A stretch of DNA of 64,000 bases, from the NCBI GenBank assembly GCA_044892525.1, contig CM097885.1, positions 186,434,001 through 186,498,000 of the forward strand. Reading direction: 5' to 3'. Every line of letters starts with the position of its first letter. The stretch's first letter is position 1. The position numbers and the translations under genes are program-made. The notes under the pieces are model-generated. The model was not told the DNA's origin. It searched no databases and worked only from the letters and a program-made list of their open reading frames with translations. The DNA is from Schmidtea polychroa (taxonomy: Eukaryota). Positions 1 through 14,150 of the stretch are shown here, piece by piece.

Positions 1-170
1 TGAGGTTCTGGTAAAAGTAGAATCAAGAACGAAAGATAAGGAAAGATACGAAGGGCCATACAGAAAAATGCAAGAAGATCCATGATCGGAGATATTTGCT
101 ACAAGACCAAAGTGGGAAAATGCTTCAAAGAAATGTTGAAAAGATGAAGAAATTTCTTAAAGAAGGGGGA
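1..170 (+). pseudogene. C-terminal tail of a degenerate Gypsy-type integrase followed by a polypurine tract; a 3' LTR probably starts at TG 171
   Basis: Translates across frameshifts as EVLVKVESRTKDKERYEGPY...QRNVEKMKKFLKEGG (GPY motif). It ends in the purine run aagaaggggga directly before tgtgagg. Confidence 0.55.
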
Positions 171-3100
171 TGTGAGGTGTTTTCAGGTGAGAGTTAAATA
201 TTTCAATGATTTATCAAAATAATTTTAAATTGTAAATAATTGACTATTAAAATAACTTTTAAATAATTTTTAAATTGTATTTTTTAAGTTGAAATTTTTG
301 AATTAAAAATTAAAATAGCTTTTTAAAAAAGAAGTTTTATTAGTGAAAAATTTTTAAATAAATATATTTTAAATATTGAAAATTTGATAAATGGTTTTGA
401 AAATATTTTATTCAATGCTGAAAATTTGTTTAAAATTATACAATATGTGATATAAAAAATTGTGATATAAAAAATTATGTCGTTAACTTTTGAAACGGAT
501 TTAAAAAATAATTTAGAAAATGTGTTAGCAGCTTCTAATATGATTGGTTCTTGATTTAATTTTGAAATTAAAGGTTTTCCGGTAACTTTGTTCATATATA
601 AAAAGCTTCAAATATTTATACTACTGTTTTAATAAAAAAAATTTTTTTACTATTGTCAATCGAAAATCAGGTCAGAAACTTCGATTGCTTCCTCTTTTGA
701 ATTTACTGTAAGTCGTTCGGACATGTTGAGGATCGCCGCCTTAAATGTAAGCTTATAAAAGTTATTGTCGTTGGCTCTATACTTAGAAAGATCAAATTTA
801 ATTAAAAATGAAAGAGAGAATAGCTCATCAATGCACCAAAACAAGAAAACTTAAGCCATTAAACGATATTTTATAAAATCTTAGACTACAGTAACATTGA
901 AATTGAAAGACTTTTATCCTATTCAGGGATACAAAGAAATTTTAACAATAAAAAGAAAAAAGATTTTTAACTGAAAATTTCCTTTCTTTACCAATCAACT
1001 TGAATACAAAAAATAAGTACTCAAACTCATTGGACAATCTTCATAGTATCTACCTCATATTGTATAATACATGCGTAGAAAGTTACATGAAAGAGTATAT
1101 ATCCGGGTGGTAATTCATCAGTCATAAACCATCTAAAACTTTACGGACCAAAACAAAGGAAAAAACTCTTGGTCAAAATTATAGCTAACGACAATGATTT
1201 TTTTAAAACTTAGATTTAAGATGAACATCACGCCCGAAGTTCCGACAGGAAATTCAAAAAAAAACGAAACAAATTAAATCTTTGCCTTGATATTCGATTT
1301 ACAATAGTGAAACAAAATGTTTTCATCGGAACAGCATAGTATAAAAATTTAAAACAGCCAAAAACTGGAGATTATTCATTAAATTTTTCATAGAGTTTTA
1401 TGAATTTTTTATGAGTTTGTGAAATCTTTAAAAATTGAAAATTTAATTTTTAAAGTTTTATTTGAGAATTCTGTTTTTTGAAATTTTATAAAATTATATA
1501 ATCTGTTATAAAATCTTAAATACTACAGGTAGAAATTTAAAAATATATTTTAAAAAATTTTAAGTTTTTTTATTTATGAACAAAATAATCAGTAAACTTT
1601 TAATTTAGAAATTAAATCAAAATCCAATCGAAAGACAGATAATTCAAATTATAAAGAACCAAATCTTAAAATTTTTATTCAAAATATTTTCTTTAGTAGG
1701 TTGAAGTGGATTATTACATAGTCGAAAATATTCATCATTCTTGTTCTGAATAAACTTGAAACTTCCAACAGAGGCTTATCATGTCTTTTACTAATTATGT
1801 CTGCACTTTAATACACTTGTATGAATTTAGAATATTTCTTATTACATTACATAACTACAACTCACTGAAAAATTATTAGTGTATTTTATTTTTGATAAAT
1901 AAATAAAATTAATATTTTGTTATAATTATTTGTTTAATTCAAAATTTTCAATTTTATTTCAAAAATTTTGAATAATTCTGCACTGATCAGACAATTTAAT
2001 TATATTTATAAAGTAAAATTATTAACTATATTATATTATTATAAAGAGAGTTTGAAGATTTTAAATCAGTAATATATCGATGTTTGTCTTCAAACTCTCT
2101 TTTTAATTCAATGGATAAAATAATTAGTGGTGAAATTGGAAGAAATAAAAGTTCTTATAAAATTATATTAGAATAATTTATTTACATATTAGATTATATA
2201 AAATAGAATTTATTTAAAATTATGTTTTATGTTTAATATTGCCGAAATACATGTTGGAAATGTTCAAAGATGTCAAACAAGAAAAAAAACGTTCCCTCTA
2301 ATGTGTGATGGTCTCGTCATAGAAAACCCAAAAGCTGAGTAGACAAAATCACCAAATGTGCAAGTGTAACCTCAATTTTGTGACGCGTTTATGGTTCTTG
2401 CTCAAAACATTTGGCATATCCATCTTTTAACACAAATATTTTGATATTTGCCATGATAGTTTTAAAATAGAATAGAATTTTCGTCTAAACTTTCAATCTA
2501 ACTGTTTCTTGCAACAACATTCTTTTCGTATGTTTCAAAAACAAACTTGATTGTCTTCTCTACTAGAGACAGTCCATCATCATGCGTTTGTCGTGTTCTA
2601 GTCTTTCACGACCTATATTTTCAAAACTTCATTACACGATCAAATTAAACTATACTGTTAACCCCATTCTCTTAACAAATGAAGTAAGAATCTGTTGCGT
2701 TGAGCTTTATCAAGTCGGTAATTATATTTATAGATTTTTAATCTGACTTCTTTCGTATTCTTTGCAGTGACAAACTCCCAACAATATATGATATTTAGTG
2801 ATATAAAATCTGACACAACAAACTCTCTAACTTAATTACAATGAAATATTCTTAACAAATTTTAGTAAAACTTGGCAATATACACCCTAAGGATAGAACC
2901 GCTAAGAAAGCCGATTCAAAATGTGATGGGAATGGTTATCTGTCAATCAAAATTTAATGTTGTAGATGTATTTGTTGCTATCTTATTATACGGCTCCCAT
3001 TTGATAAGTTCCTCGCAACGTGAGAAATAGGGAAATCGTTGGCCAAACTTATTTCGATGATTTCTTTCAAAATATTTTTTAACAGGATCATTCTGGAAAA

Positions 3101-6100
3101 CACTGGAAAAGCACTTTCTATTTAGTTTTACTCATTATTTATTTTTACTTTCAACTCCTTCAAAAATTCAAAAAGATTCAAAAAATTTTTGGGGAAGGAG
3201 GGGGGTCATAAATTTTGAGTTTCCATATTTGTGGGCTGTTATGAAAAGTTACTTATTTACATTTATCTGATTTCTTCTCCTTGAATTATTTTTGTTTTAC
3301 TGTTCTCATATGCAGAGATTTATTATTGACAGCAAATCAAAACCTTTTAATTTACGCATCATAAATTCCAAACCAAAAATACATTTCTCATTATCTTAAA
3401 CTCCCGAAACATTTAAATGACATTAAAATATATTTTTATATATTAAATTTTACATATATTACATGTAATAATCAGCGAATTTAACTTATATTTCTCAAAG
3501 TCTCTTAGAACTTCCTCAGTGTGACTTCACGTGGAAAGCGCAGGTGCTCATATAGCCATATTGAGCATGAGTAATGTCATAGGACTTATTTCAACTTGAA
3601 TGATCTGAAGCTTAACATTTATGAATAAAAAGTCGAACACAAATAATTACCATATATAGCAGATGTATTCGTACACAAGTAGCTGATCATTAATAATTAT
3701 TCCTTGATAATGATCCCATATAGCTTTGAATGGGGCTTCATGCGTACAATTTATTTCAAAATTATGTACCTTCAAAGTGTGTCCATAATTTAATAAGTAT
3801 CTTTCTATATTCTATGGAATTTTGTTGTCGTTTTCAATGACAAGGGTGTCGTTGTCTAAGTCAACGTAATCAAAGAATTCAGAATTTATCAAAACTTGTT
3901 AAGTTCAAGAACCAAAAGTCTTCGACTTCAAGCTTATCAAATGAAATTCCTTTAGAAGATGTTTTAGTAACATCTAACATGGCGAGAATATCTATGAAAT
4001 TTTTCATAAAGCCAAAATATTCTATTGGATAGACATAGAAAGAATTAAAAAAAAATTAATTTTATAAAAAATTAATTCTATTTTTTGTTAAATATTTTCT
4101 TAATTGAAGTTAATTGAGAACCATTTAGTCGTGACTGCAAAAAATGAACGTAAAATTCATGATTTGATTTCTGTCTGGAAATATTGTTTGTTGTTAAAAT
4201 TTTTTTTTAATAAAAGCAAAAAACTGATAAATGGAAAAATGAAAACATAGAAAATAATATAATTAATATTGACATGTAGTAATGGGAATGGTAAATACTA
4301 GGTAGGCCATCTGTTTGTTGATTCATTTGTTAGAAATTACAATTTCTGAATTTACATTAATTCATTAATTAATTTAATTTGATTTAAATCAAAATAGAAA
4401 ATAGCGTGGATTTCGTGATTATTGTACGGACTCGAGATAATTGTAAATTATACATTTAATCCTTTCATTTTACAAGTGGCTAAGAAGAAAAATTTTTGTT
4501 TTAAATATTTATTTATTAAATAATGTTTTTATACTGATTCCTTGGAATAGGATTACTCAAATTGATCCACAATAGGGATAAAAACGTTGTCGTTTTGACC
4601 CAGGGGCTCCGAGTTAGACGATCATTCTTCATGCTCTGGTTTAATAATAAAATTCTTCGTATCAGGTCAGTGGGTTAATTCAAACTTACAATTTGGCTTA
4701 TTGGTTTAATATTAGCCAGAAACTAAACATATTATAAATGTGACCAACCTAGGTTCAAATGACTTGAGTTTCAAGTTGAAACAGTCGACACCACTGACAG
4801 TACAATCGTCTGAAGACTGACAGCCTGTGAAAGTAATATTGTAATATGGGAAGTGTAAAGTAGGAATAAACAACTGTTATGTATTTATTAAAGTATTTGT
4901 TTCAGTTTGAGACCTACTAAAAATTAGGGAAGAAGTATGCAGTCTGTGAACATCGAATTAAAAATAATGTTTTGAGCGTGTGATATGTGAAGCATTATTG
5001 ATAAGAACTTTTAATCCTAAAATCAATGTGCAAAATGCAGTGAATACGTGTGTGTTGAATGTTTTTAATTAAGTTTTAATATGTTGATGTATATTGTTAG
5101 TTATGTTAAATAATTAAAAAAATAATAAAAATAAAATTTTTAAGAATTTTAAAAGTTTAAAATAATTGATTGTTGAAAATTATTTTTAAAAATAATTATT
5201 TAAAATTTAAAAATTTCATATATTTTATAATTTTTTTATAAATTATCAATTATGAATATGTCTTTAAATAAACTCATCTGATTAATATAGAGCCAATATA
5301 AATAGAGATATTAATACCAATGTTTTAGTTTTATATGTAATTCATATCAGAAATCTCGAATCTTTGTTTTAAAAATTATTTTTCGCGCGCAATTTAAAAA
5401 ATATTAACTATTTCTAATTAAATTTTCAAAACAATGAAATATTTATTAAAAGCTATTCGAAATATTTATACAATTCGTTAAGTAGAATGTTTTCTGTTTG
5501 TTTTCTTTTGTAAGTAATGCATTCTTGACATTGATATTGACAGCATGAATCTTTTAGTAATTGAGTTTGCTTTTCATATCCATACATCATAAATTCATGG
5601 GGAAAAATTATGCGCTCTATGTTGATCCCGGTTGCCTGAAATATTTTGATTGGTGCAATTTCCGGAGCATAATTTATAATTTGATTCTCAACAACTTTAT
5701 TAATTAGAATTTCTATTTGATAATCTAAACATAATTTTAAAAGTTTAAGAATAAAATATATCTATTTACCGATTTCCGAAAGTTGTGACATTGTAATAAA
5801 TGAAACAAATGTTAAAGTGTACAATATTTATAGTTTTAATGAACCAATCAAATCCTTAACATCCTTTATAATTTTGTTGACAATCCAATTATAATTTAGA
5901 GTTTTTAAACCAAGTACAACTATTTTTCCACTAGAAAATAGGTTTACACACAATGGGTTATAAGATATGAGACGCAAACCCGGGAATATTTCTGGTTCAT
6001 ATATGCATTTTGTTTTCTTTGAGTAATATTGCTAATTAATTAGTTGTTTGATATCAATAGTAATTGTACAAGATTGAAGATGAAAATCTTTTATATCATA

Positions 6101-7139
6101 ATGTATACTTTCAATAGGTTTTTTGTAACCCATTATTCAACATTTCCCAATCTTGAAAAATATAATTGTATAATTATTGGTTTTATCTATAATTTATTGA
6201 GGTTCACCATAAGGAAAATTCATATTTTGTATAACTTTTAACCCGACCACGGTAATTAATATTTACTAACATTATTAAAAATAATGGTTAATTCTAGGTA
6301 ATATATTGATTATATTATTTTAAATTTTAAATATTATTATGACAACCAAATTATTATATCATAACAACAAGATTTTTAAACAGAAACATTTATTTAATAA
6401 AAATAACACAAGATATTAACACACATAATTTCTTTACGATTTTCCACCTACAAACTTCCATATAGGTAATATTGCTGTACTTGGCGCTATTTTATAACCT
6501 TGAATGCCAAATTTTATAGACCATTTAACATTAGCTTTGATTCTTATTTCATGTCCAAATGAACATCCAAAATATATGAACTGGTCAGTGCAAGAAATTA
6601 CAAACATTTACACATGGATCAAAGAAAATGGTGACTAGAAATATATAAAAAAAATGAGAGTTACATATTTGGTTAAGAACTGTGTTTAAACGTTTCATTA
6701 TCTTTTTTGTCAATTTAATAAAAAATTATAAACTTTGTTAGTTAATTTAACTTGCACCAAAATCATATTTATTAGTTACATATTAATGATGGGGAACCTT
6801 TTCACCATAAAAGGCCAATTTAAATTTCTAAAATAGTAAGCATGCCGCATACATATAAGCTTATTCTTTTCCGTAAAATATATTACCAGCTTACTCTAGT
6901 ACTAGAACAAAATATAAAAATAATTTTTTTAAATTTTATTATAATTAACTTATTATTCAGTTAAAAAAACATGTATATTCCGCAATATAAAATAAAATTA
7001 TGATATAACCACTTTTAAAAAATGATATGATATTAAAATAAAATAAACTAAGACCAGTGCCTGTTTTTAATTGGAAAGTAATTGGATATTAGGTTCGAGC
7101 TTAGTAACACGTAATTTGAGTTGGTTTTCCAAAAAGACA

Positions 7140-8234
7140 TCAGTTAATTTGTGTTAGACATGAAAAAGTTGATTCGCAACAGTAAGTAGTTCCAAAGCAA
7201 GAAAGCAGTAGACGAGCTTGTTGACGTAAGCATGGGTATTCAGTTGCATTTTTCCATATTTCAATAGGATCTTTCTTTGCATCAAAAATTGATTTTATAA
7301 TATTATCTTCACATAACTCAAACAATTTCATCTGTAGTTCGCTAGGCGCCTTTGCGATATCAACTAGATGTAGTTCAGATGCTAATTTCATTGTGATACT
7401 ATGTTCTTCAAATTCAGAAAAACCGTTCAGTATATTCTTCAATTAATGAGTCTAAAACAGCAATATAATCTTGAAATGTTGCACTTCCAGATTTCTGCTC
7501 ATTTAATACTTTTGCTAATTGCGGAAAATGCTATTCAGAATTTTCCGATCGAGAGAAAATAGTTTTGAAAAATAATAACTTTTTTCGAACCATCGAACTT
7601 TGCAATGATACGGCAAATCTACACTGTACGTTTCATCATCGGACATAAGAAGGTTTCGAAATTGGCGATGTCGTGTTGCATTTTTTCTGATGAAATTGAC
7701 AATTACGATAATTTTTTCTAGAGTATTGCTTAAAGAAGTGGATTTAGCACAAAGATTGTGTTGGTGCAATATGCAATGAAATGAGATTAATGATTTTAAA
7801 TTTGCATTGTCCTTTGTTAATAATGAAACAAAACCTTCTCTTTTCTCTTTCATGGAGGTGCACCATCAGTGCGTACACTCACCAGATTATCAAGATTTAG
7901 TCCTGCTTCACGACATTTTTCTTTAAAATTATCATGGATATCAATTCCGCAAGTTCTTCCGGTAAGTTTGCCTAAAGCCAGTAGTTCAATATTCAATTAT
8001 GAAAATATTCAATTATTATTTTTGGAAGTGCAGATTTTCTGGTTGGACATATTTGTGGTCTTTGTGAGATAAATAATGCTGATTTGCATTGTATTTTTTT
8101 TAATGTTGTTAGTACAGAATTGCATAGTAAACAAAACATTTTATCTTTTATAGAAATAAGATAATATTGGATTTCCCATTCTTCATTAAAGGATCTGTTT
8201 TCCTCATTCAGTTTTTTTAAAGTTTTTTTGACAT
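7140..8234 (-). pseudogene. hAT transposase, fragmented (GTF2IRD2/EPM2AIP1-like)
   Basis: Minus-strand motifs: MSKK..LNEENRSFNEEWEIQYY..MFCLLCNSVLTTLKKYNANQHY (N-terminal zinc-finger region), DGAPSM, FHCILHQHNLC, LPYHCKVRW, LLSCFGTTYCCESTFS. Stops, frameshifts and internal deletions are present. Confidence 0.85.
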
Positions 8235-8270
8235 GGTTGATAACTTAAAATAAAAAGTGATATTTATACA

Positions 8271-8595
8271 AGTAGTGTCTAAAATAGGAATCCTAGGTCG
8301 CCCCACCCCAATATTCGCTCGTAAAAAAAACAAAACAAGTTTGTTTTTTTATCCTCGCTCACCCTTCGGGAGGGGATGGGGCGACCTAGGATTCCCATTT
8401 AGACACTACTACAAATCTATGTATATTAAAATAATAATAATTTAAATATACATGTATACAATGATTTAATAATTTTAAAATAAAAATAATTTATTTAAAT
8501 ACTCAAATTTTATTGGTAGCCAAGAATAATCAAGTTGTTATATATTATAGATGTAAGGATTTAATAATACAAGGATTTAATAGTTTTAATATACA
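8271..8595 (+). repeat. Polinton left TIR
   Basis: Reverse complement of 29515-29848, differing only by a few substitutions and indels. Confidence 0.9.
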
Positions 8596-8835
8596 TGTAT
8601 ACAATGATTTAATAATTTTAAAATAAAAATAATTTTAGTAATGTTGGGTACCCAAGAATAAAAAAATATATATTATACACATGCAATGATTTCAATTGGA
8701 AACAAGTTACCTCTTGAAAATTTCAATAATTATGGGAATTAGTAAATTTAATAATACTCAACAATGTAAAATATGAACTTGTCAAATTTTATATTATAAA
8801 AATAAACCACTAAAAAAAATTTCTAAAAATAAAAA

Positions 8836-11800
8836 ATGGCTACTTCAGAAAACTTCCATACCCAAGATTATTTTTGTGATTCATGTAATAGGAGTTTCAA
8901 ATCAAAAACAAGATTAATTTCACATAAAAAATCAAAAGATCATTTAAGGAAATCAAGTTTATTAGATGATAACAACTCTAAAATTTGTACCAAGTGTAAA
9001 GAAAGATATTTATTTTTAGGGTTTGATAAACATTTTAGAAATTGTATTGGAATAAAAAAAATAAGAGAATCATTTTCATGTCTCAAGTGTCATGAAGTCT
9101 TCAAAAGTAAATTTGAATTAAAGGAACACTCTAAAGAATGTGAAGATGAAGATGAAGATGAAGGTTGGGATGAATTTAATCATGCTGATGAATTTGGTAG
9201 TGAAGAAATTGGAGCATCCACAATTTATTTATATATTAAAATAAATCAACAAGAAATAAAAGAATCAATGGAAAATGCTATAAAAAAATTCAAAGGTACA
9301 AGGTTTAATATTATAAAATATAAAATAGGAATAAACGCAAAATATCGTCGACAAACTAATAAAACAAATCAAAATAACCCAAACTTTCTAAGATTTATGA
9401 TTCAAATTAATTATAAATATTTATATTAAATGAAAGGATTTATAAAAAACAATCAAAGAAATTATTCGAGCGTTGCAAGAATCCCAAGAACAATGTGAAC
9501 AGGAATTAGGAGAATCAAATTTAATTTCCCATTCTTTGAAAATATTAAAATAGATTATTGGAAAGGAAGACCCCCAGTTCCCAAATCATATATTCCAACA
9601 CCTTTTATTTCTAAACACATAATAAATGTTCAAAATAAAGATAATAAATTGTTCCTATGGGCAATACTATCAGCTTTACATCCTCAAGAACAACATTCTT
9701 ATCGAGTATCTAAATATCGACAATATGAACATGAAATTTTATTCTGGGATGGTTTTGAGCACCCAATGAAAATAGAACACATGCCAAAATTTGAAAGATT
9801 GAATCAACTTAGAATTAATATTTATGAATTAGATGGTAGCAAGGTTATACCAATTTATATTTTAGATCAAAATATGAATTCCTCAACTGTAACTTTTGAT
9901 ACAATAAGTTTATTAATATTAGAAAAGGTTTCAACTGATACAAATGATTTAGTTTCTCATTATGTTTGGATAAAATATTTTCAAAGTTTTATGAGATCTC
10001 GATCATCATCCTCTCATCGAGTACAAGGACACACTTGTGAAATATGTCTTTATTATTCAACTTCTGATGCTGTAAGAATAAAACATGATAGATTATGTAA
10101 AGATAATGAACCAGCATTAATTAAAATGCCAGAGAATCTTGAAATGAAATTTAAAAATTATTCAAATTTATTAGAATCTCTTGTTACAATTTATGGAGAT
10201 TTTGAAGCGATTAATAAACCACAAAATTTAGAACAAGAATATCTAAATGTCATAGAAAAAAATAAATTATTAGAATCGTGGTATGAATATGATTTGAATC
10301 AAGATTCTCAATCAAACCAAATAGAAAAAATGAAAAAGTTTCTCAAATTAAACAAGAAATTTTTTACAATAAAATTAACTGAACAACTTCCATCAGCATA
10401 TCATTTATTCATCAAAAGTAATTATACACAAAGAGAATCATATGAAATAGCATATCGAGGAACTTCTCCACAAGATACTCTAGATCATTTTGTTGCAAGT
10501 ATAAATTCCTTGGAATCATTCTTGTATAAAAAATTAAAAACTGATTTTGAAATGGATATTTCACCAGAAAAATTTACAGAATATGAAAATTCTACAATTT
10601 GTTGGATGTGTAAAGAAGAATTGAGAGGTTATGAAAATGTTAATAATCCAAAAGTTATAGATCATGATCATTTTAAAGAAATAAATAATTACCGATGGGC
10701 AGCTCATAATAATTGTAATTTAAGTTATAAAAAACTAAAATTTATACCAGTTACATTTCATAATCTGTTTGGATATGATATTTGTCTATTCATAAAATAT
10801 TTAGCAATTAATGCAAAAAACATTTTTAAAATTATTGGATTAACAAAAGAAAAATATAAATGTGTAGAATATGGATGTTTAAAATCCATAGATTCTCTAA
10901 ATTTCTTTACGGAGAGTTTAGACTCGATAGCAAAAACGATGAAAAGTGAAGATTTTTAATATACAATAGAGCATGTTTTGATAAAATATAATATTCCAAT
11001 TGAAGAATATAAAACATGTTTAGCAAAAAGAATATATCCATATGATTACATTGATTCATTCGATAGATATCAAGAAATAGAATTACCACCTCATGAAAAA
11101 TTTTATTCAGTATTAAGTAAATCAAATACATCAGATGAAGAAGATGCTCGAGCTAGAAAAATGTGGCAATTATTTAATTGTCAAACTATAGGAGAATATA
11201 CAAATGTGTATTTAAGTTTAGATGTTTATATTCTAGCTGATTGTTTTGAAAAGTTTGTAAAAACTTTTGCATTAAAAGCTTATAATTATATAACCCTACC
11301 ATCATTTTCTTGGGATATGTTATTATATAATATGATTTCTGAACCAGATAAAAGCATAGAATTATTATCAGATATCAACATGTTCAACATAATAAAAAAT
11401 AATATTCGAGGTGGAATTAGTTCTGGAATGGATGAAAGACGCATAACTGCACTCAATTATAAACATGTTTATAGAACTTTATTCAAAGATACAGATGAAC
11501 TACTTGTAGAAATAAAAACACAAGAAGAATATGAAATGGTAATTGAATGTATAAATAATCCATGTGAAATTTTATATATTGATGCAACTGCTTTATATTC
11601 AGGAATAATAACACAATAATTACCAATTTCTTCATTTGAATGGGTGGAAATACCTGAAAATGATCAAGCATTAAATAGATTAATAAACAAAATATTAAAT
11701 ACTCCCAAAGATTCAAATATTGGATATTTTCTAGAAGTTGATTTAAAATATCCAGATGCTATAAAATTCAAAACAAAACATTTCCCATTTGTTCCTGTAA

Positions 11801-11861
11801 AAAGAAAAATAGGAAAAGATGAATTATCCCCATGGCAACTTGAGAAAAATGAACATACTAG
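8836..11861 (+). pseudogene. Polinton protein-primed DNA polymerase B with N-terminal C2H2 zinc fingers and an endonuclease VII-like insert; truncated by the LTR insertion
   Basis: ORFs at 8836, 9649, 10978 and 11644 are all in one frame, broken by stops at 10957 and 11617 and by frameshifts near 9430-9540. Motifs: CDSC..H..H, SYIPTP..IINVQNKDNKLFLWAILSALHP, CWMC..IDHDH..YRWAAHNNCNL, DSLNF, IYPYDY, YLSLDVYILADCFE, IRGGIS, YIDATALYS, GYFLEVDLKYP. Confidence 0.9.
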
Positions 11862-12945
11862 TGTTAGGGATAGGCCTGGAGCCTTGTTGATAAAATAAAT
11901 AAAAATTACTAAAATTAGAAATAGTATAAATAAAAATTACTGAAAATAAAAGATAGGTTTAATTAATTACTATTAATAGAATTAAGTAGTATATAGTAAT
12001 ATTTGATATTACTGTTACTATATATAGTAATTATAAAATTGCTATTAATATAATAAATAATTAAAATATAATATAAATACGGGTTCAAAACGAAAACCAA
12101 GGGACGATAAAACATTGAGACACAATTTGGACGATAAATTAGAGAGAATAATTTGGAAAATTATTTAATTAAAGAAAACGTGATTAGAGAATCACTGTGT
12201 TATTTGTAATTGATTAAAGAATTTCAACGCTAGTCTAAATCAAAGAAAACGTGATTAAAGAATCACTGTGTTTATCAAAATTAAGTCAAGGAATTTGTCA
12301 ACAGTTCAAATTATATTTAAATATTTCATCGCACCAGACGACATTCCGATTCAAATTTCATATCGATTTCAAACTTGAAAAGTGACTATAAATTGACAAA
12401 CAGAATAAACAAGAGTCAGTAAGAAAATCTCTAGAGAAAAATTGGAACAGATTTGTGAACGAAAAACAGAAAAGGAGCCATTAATTTAGACAAGGTAAAA
12501 GGAGTTCATTATTTGTGTTGTGTAAGGATAAATTATTATCCTTGTGAAGTGAATTAATTAAGCGAACACAAAGCACCGATAGCGGCTTTCGTGTTACCTG
12601 GTAGCCCCAAAATCAGCCCTCTTTCTTTACCGTCATCTTTCCAATTTATTTAGCGATCGTTGTGCTACACAGGAGCCATCGATCTCTTGTAGGCTGTGGT
12701 AAACAGTAAGGATTAATAAATCCGTTTTCTTGTATTCTTTGCACATATATTATAAATTCCTGTTGTAAATTATTAAATATATTTTTGTAAGAAGAGAAAG
12801 AGTTTGTTTTTAATTCAGTGATTTAAACTTATACACGCAACCACATTAAATATAAAGTATTTATATTTATTTTTATATATTTAGTTATTCTATTTAACCT
12901 TTGGAGTCTTTAAGATCTGTAGTCCCCGTTTTTTCGATCTTAACA
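11862..12945 (+). repeat. 5' LTR (about 1084 bp)
   Basis: Starts TGTTA and ends TAACA, followed by ttt and the PBS. Its first 253 bp recur at 26070-26255 plus 27490-27556 with two mismatches. Confidence 0.85.
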
Positions 12946-12948
12946 TTT

Positions 12949-12966
12949 TGGTGAGCCCGACGTGAT
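12949..12966 (+). promoter_or_regulatory. Primer-binding site, tRNA-Trp type
   Basis: TGGTGAGCCCGACGTGAT matches 17/18 the complement (TGGTGACCCCGACGTGAT) of the 3' end of vertebrate tRNA-Trp(CCA) as I recall it. It lies 3 nt after the LTR end. Confidence 0.85.
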
Positions 12967-13084
12967 ACAATTTACGGGGGGAATAAGAATTTTATTTATA
13001 AAAGGCAAACATCTTTTTTGAATCATTGAGTTAAGAAATAGGAGAGTAATAAATTTTAGACCAGACAATAGAAATCAGCAAATA

Positions 13085-14150
13085 ATGGCAGAGATAAATA
13101 ATTTACAAAATTTAAACGAGAATAATTTACAAAATAATAATGTGCCAGTAGCTCAACCACCAGCGGTAGACTTTATGAGATACCCAACAATTCCGATTAA
13201 ACCATTTAGTGGAAACCCAGGGGAGTTTCCAGAATTTATGTCCGAATATTTTCAGTTAGCCAGAGCATTAGGATTCCCCGAACCGGTAATGATTTTGAGA
13301 TTACCTTTATAATTAAAAGGGATGGCGCGGGAAATATATAACGATGTTATAATAGCCAAGCATCCAGTTGAATGGAATTTTGCGATTAGTGTTACAAAAC
13401 AGAATATTACCGGGGGATGCAACTAGAGTGCTAAGACAACAGTTTTATAACAGGCAACCAAATTCGGGTGAGCATGTTGGGGAATTTTCATATCAAATAA
13501 TGATGTTGGCAGAGAGAGCCTTTGGCAATAGGGCAGCCTGGAATGATGCAACTAGAGCATTAGTGAAAGATCAGTTTTGGTCAGGGTTATCGTCAGCAAT
13601 GAGAAATGCACTCAGTTTACACATAGGAGATAATTTAGAGGAATTAACTCGCAAAGCGTGTTTAATTGAAAGTAGCATTGAAAAGTCAAATAATTTTGCA
13701 ATTAGTAGCAATAAGTCAGACATTGAGTGTTTTAATTGTCACAAAAAGGGACATATGTCAAAAGATTGTAAAAGTAGGAACAATTCTCCAGGGGATAAAT
13801 TATGTACCAAGTGTGGGAGAAATAATCATGTGGCATCAAACTGTAGAATTTCGGACCTAAATTGTGAGAAATGCAAGCGCAAGGGACATGTAGCGTCAGT
13901 TTGTAAAGTTAGTTTTGGGGGGAATAATTCGAATAATGATAGTAGAAATAGAAGCCCCGATAGGAATTTTCGTGGTAATAATAATAACAATAACTTTCAG
14001 AGTAGAAATAATAATTTTAATAATAATATAAAAAGGGATGAAGTAAATTCGGGGGGTAAAAATTAATGTCATAAGTGTGGAAAATTTGGTCATATTATGC
14101 GTTCATGTCCACAAAATCAGTTATCTAATAACAATGGTAGTGGCAACAAT
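13085..14150 (+). pseudogene. gag: gag (capsid-like region plus four CCHC zinc knuckles)
   Basis: PFSGNPGEFPEF, LPL*LKGMAREIY and QPNSGEHVGEF are capsid-like. Knuckles: CFNCHKKGHMSKDC, CTKCGRNNHVASNC, CEKCKRKGHVASVC, CHKCGKFGHIMRSC. There is one frameshift near 13370-13430 and stops at 13310 and 14064. Confidence 0.85.

Noticed and set aside
656-1360. Possible host exons on the minus strand (also about 6430-6600, 31597-32136 and 45273-45521)
   Set aside because: Short open stretches with no recognisable domain or consistent splice structure. They cannot be supported without transcript or homology data.
2300-5720. Possible very old Tc1-like transposase relics on the minus strand (about 2300-2750 and 5480-5720; NYAPEIAPI-like motif)
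   Set aside because: Only single weak motifs, with no continuous frame or TIRs. Too degraded to support.
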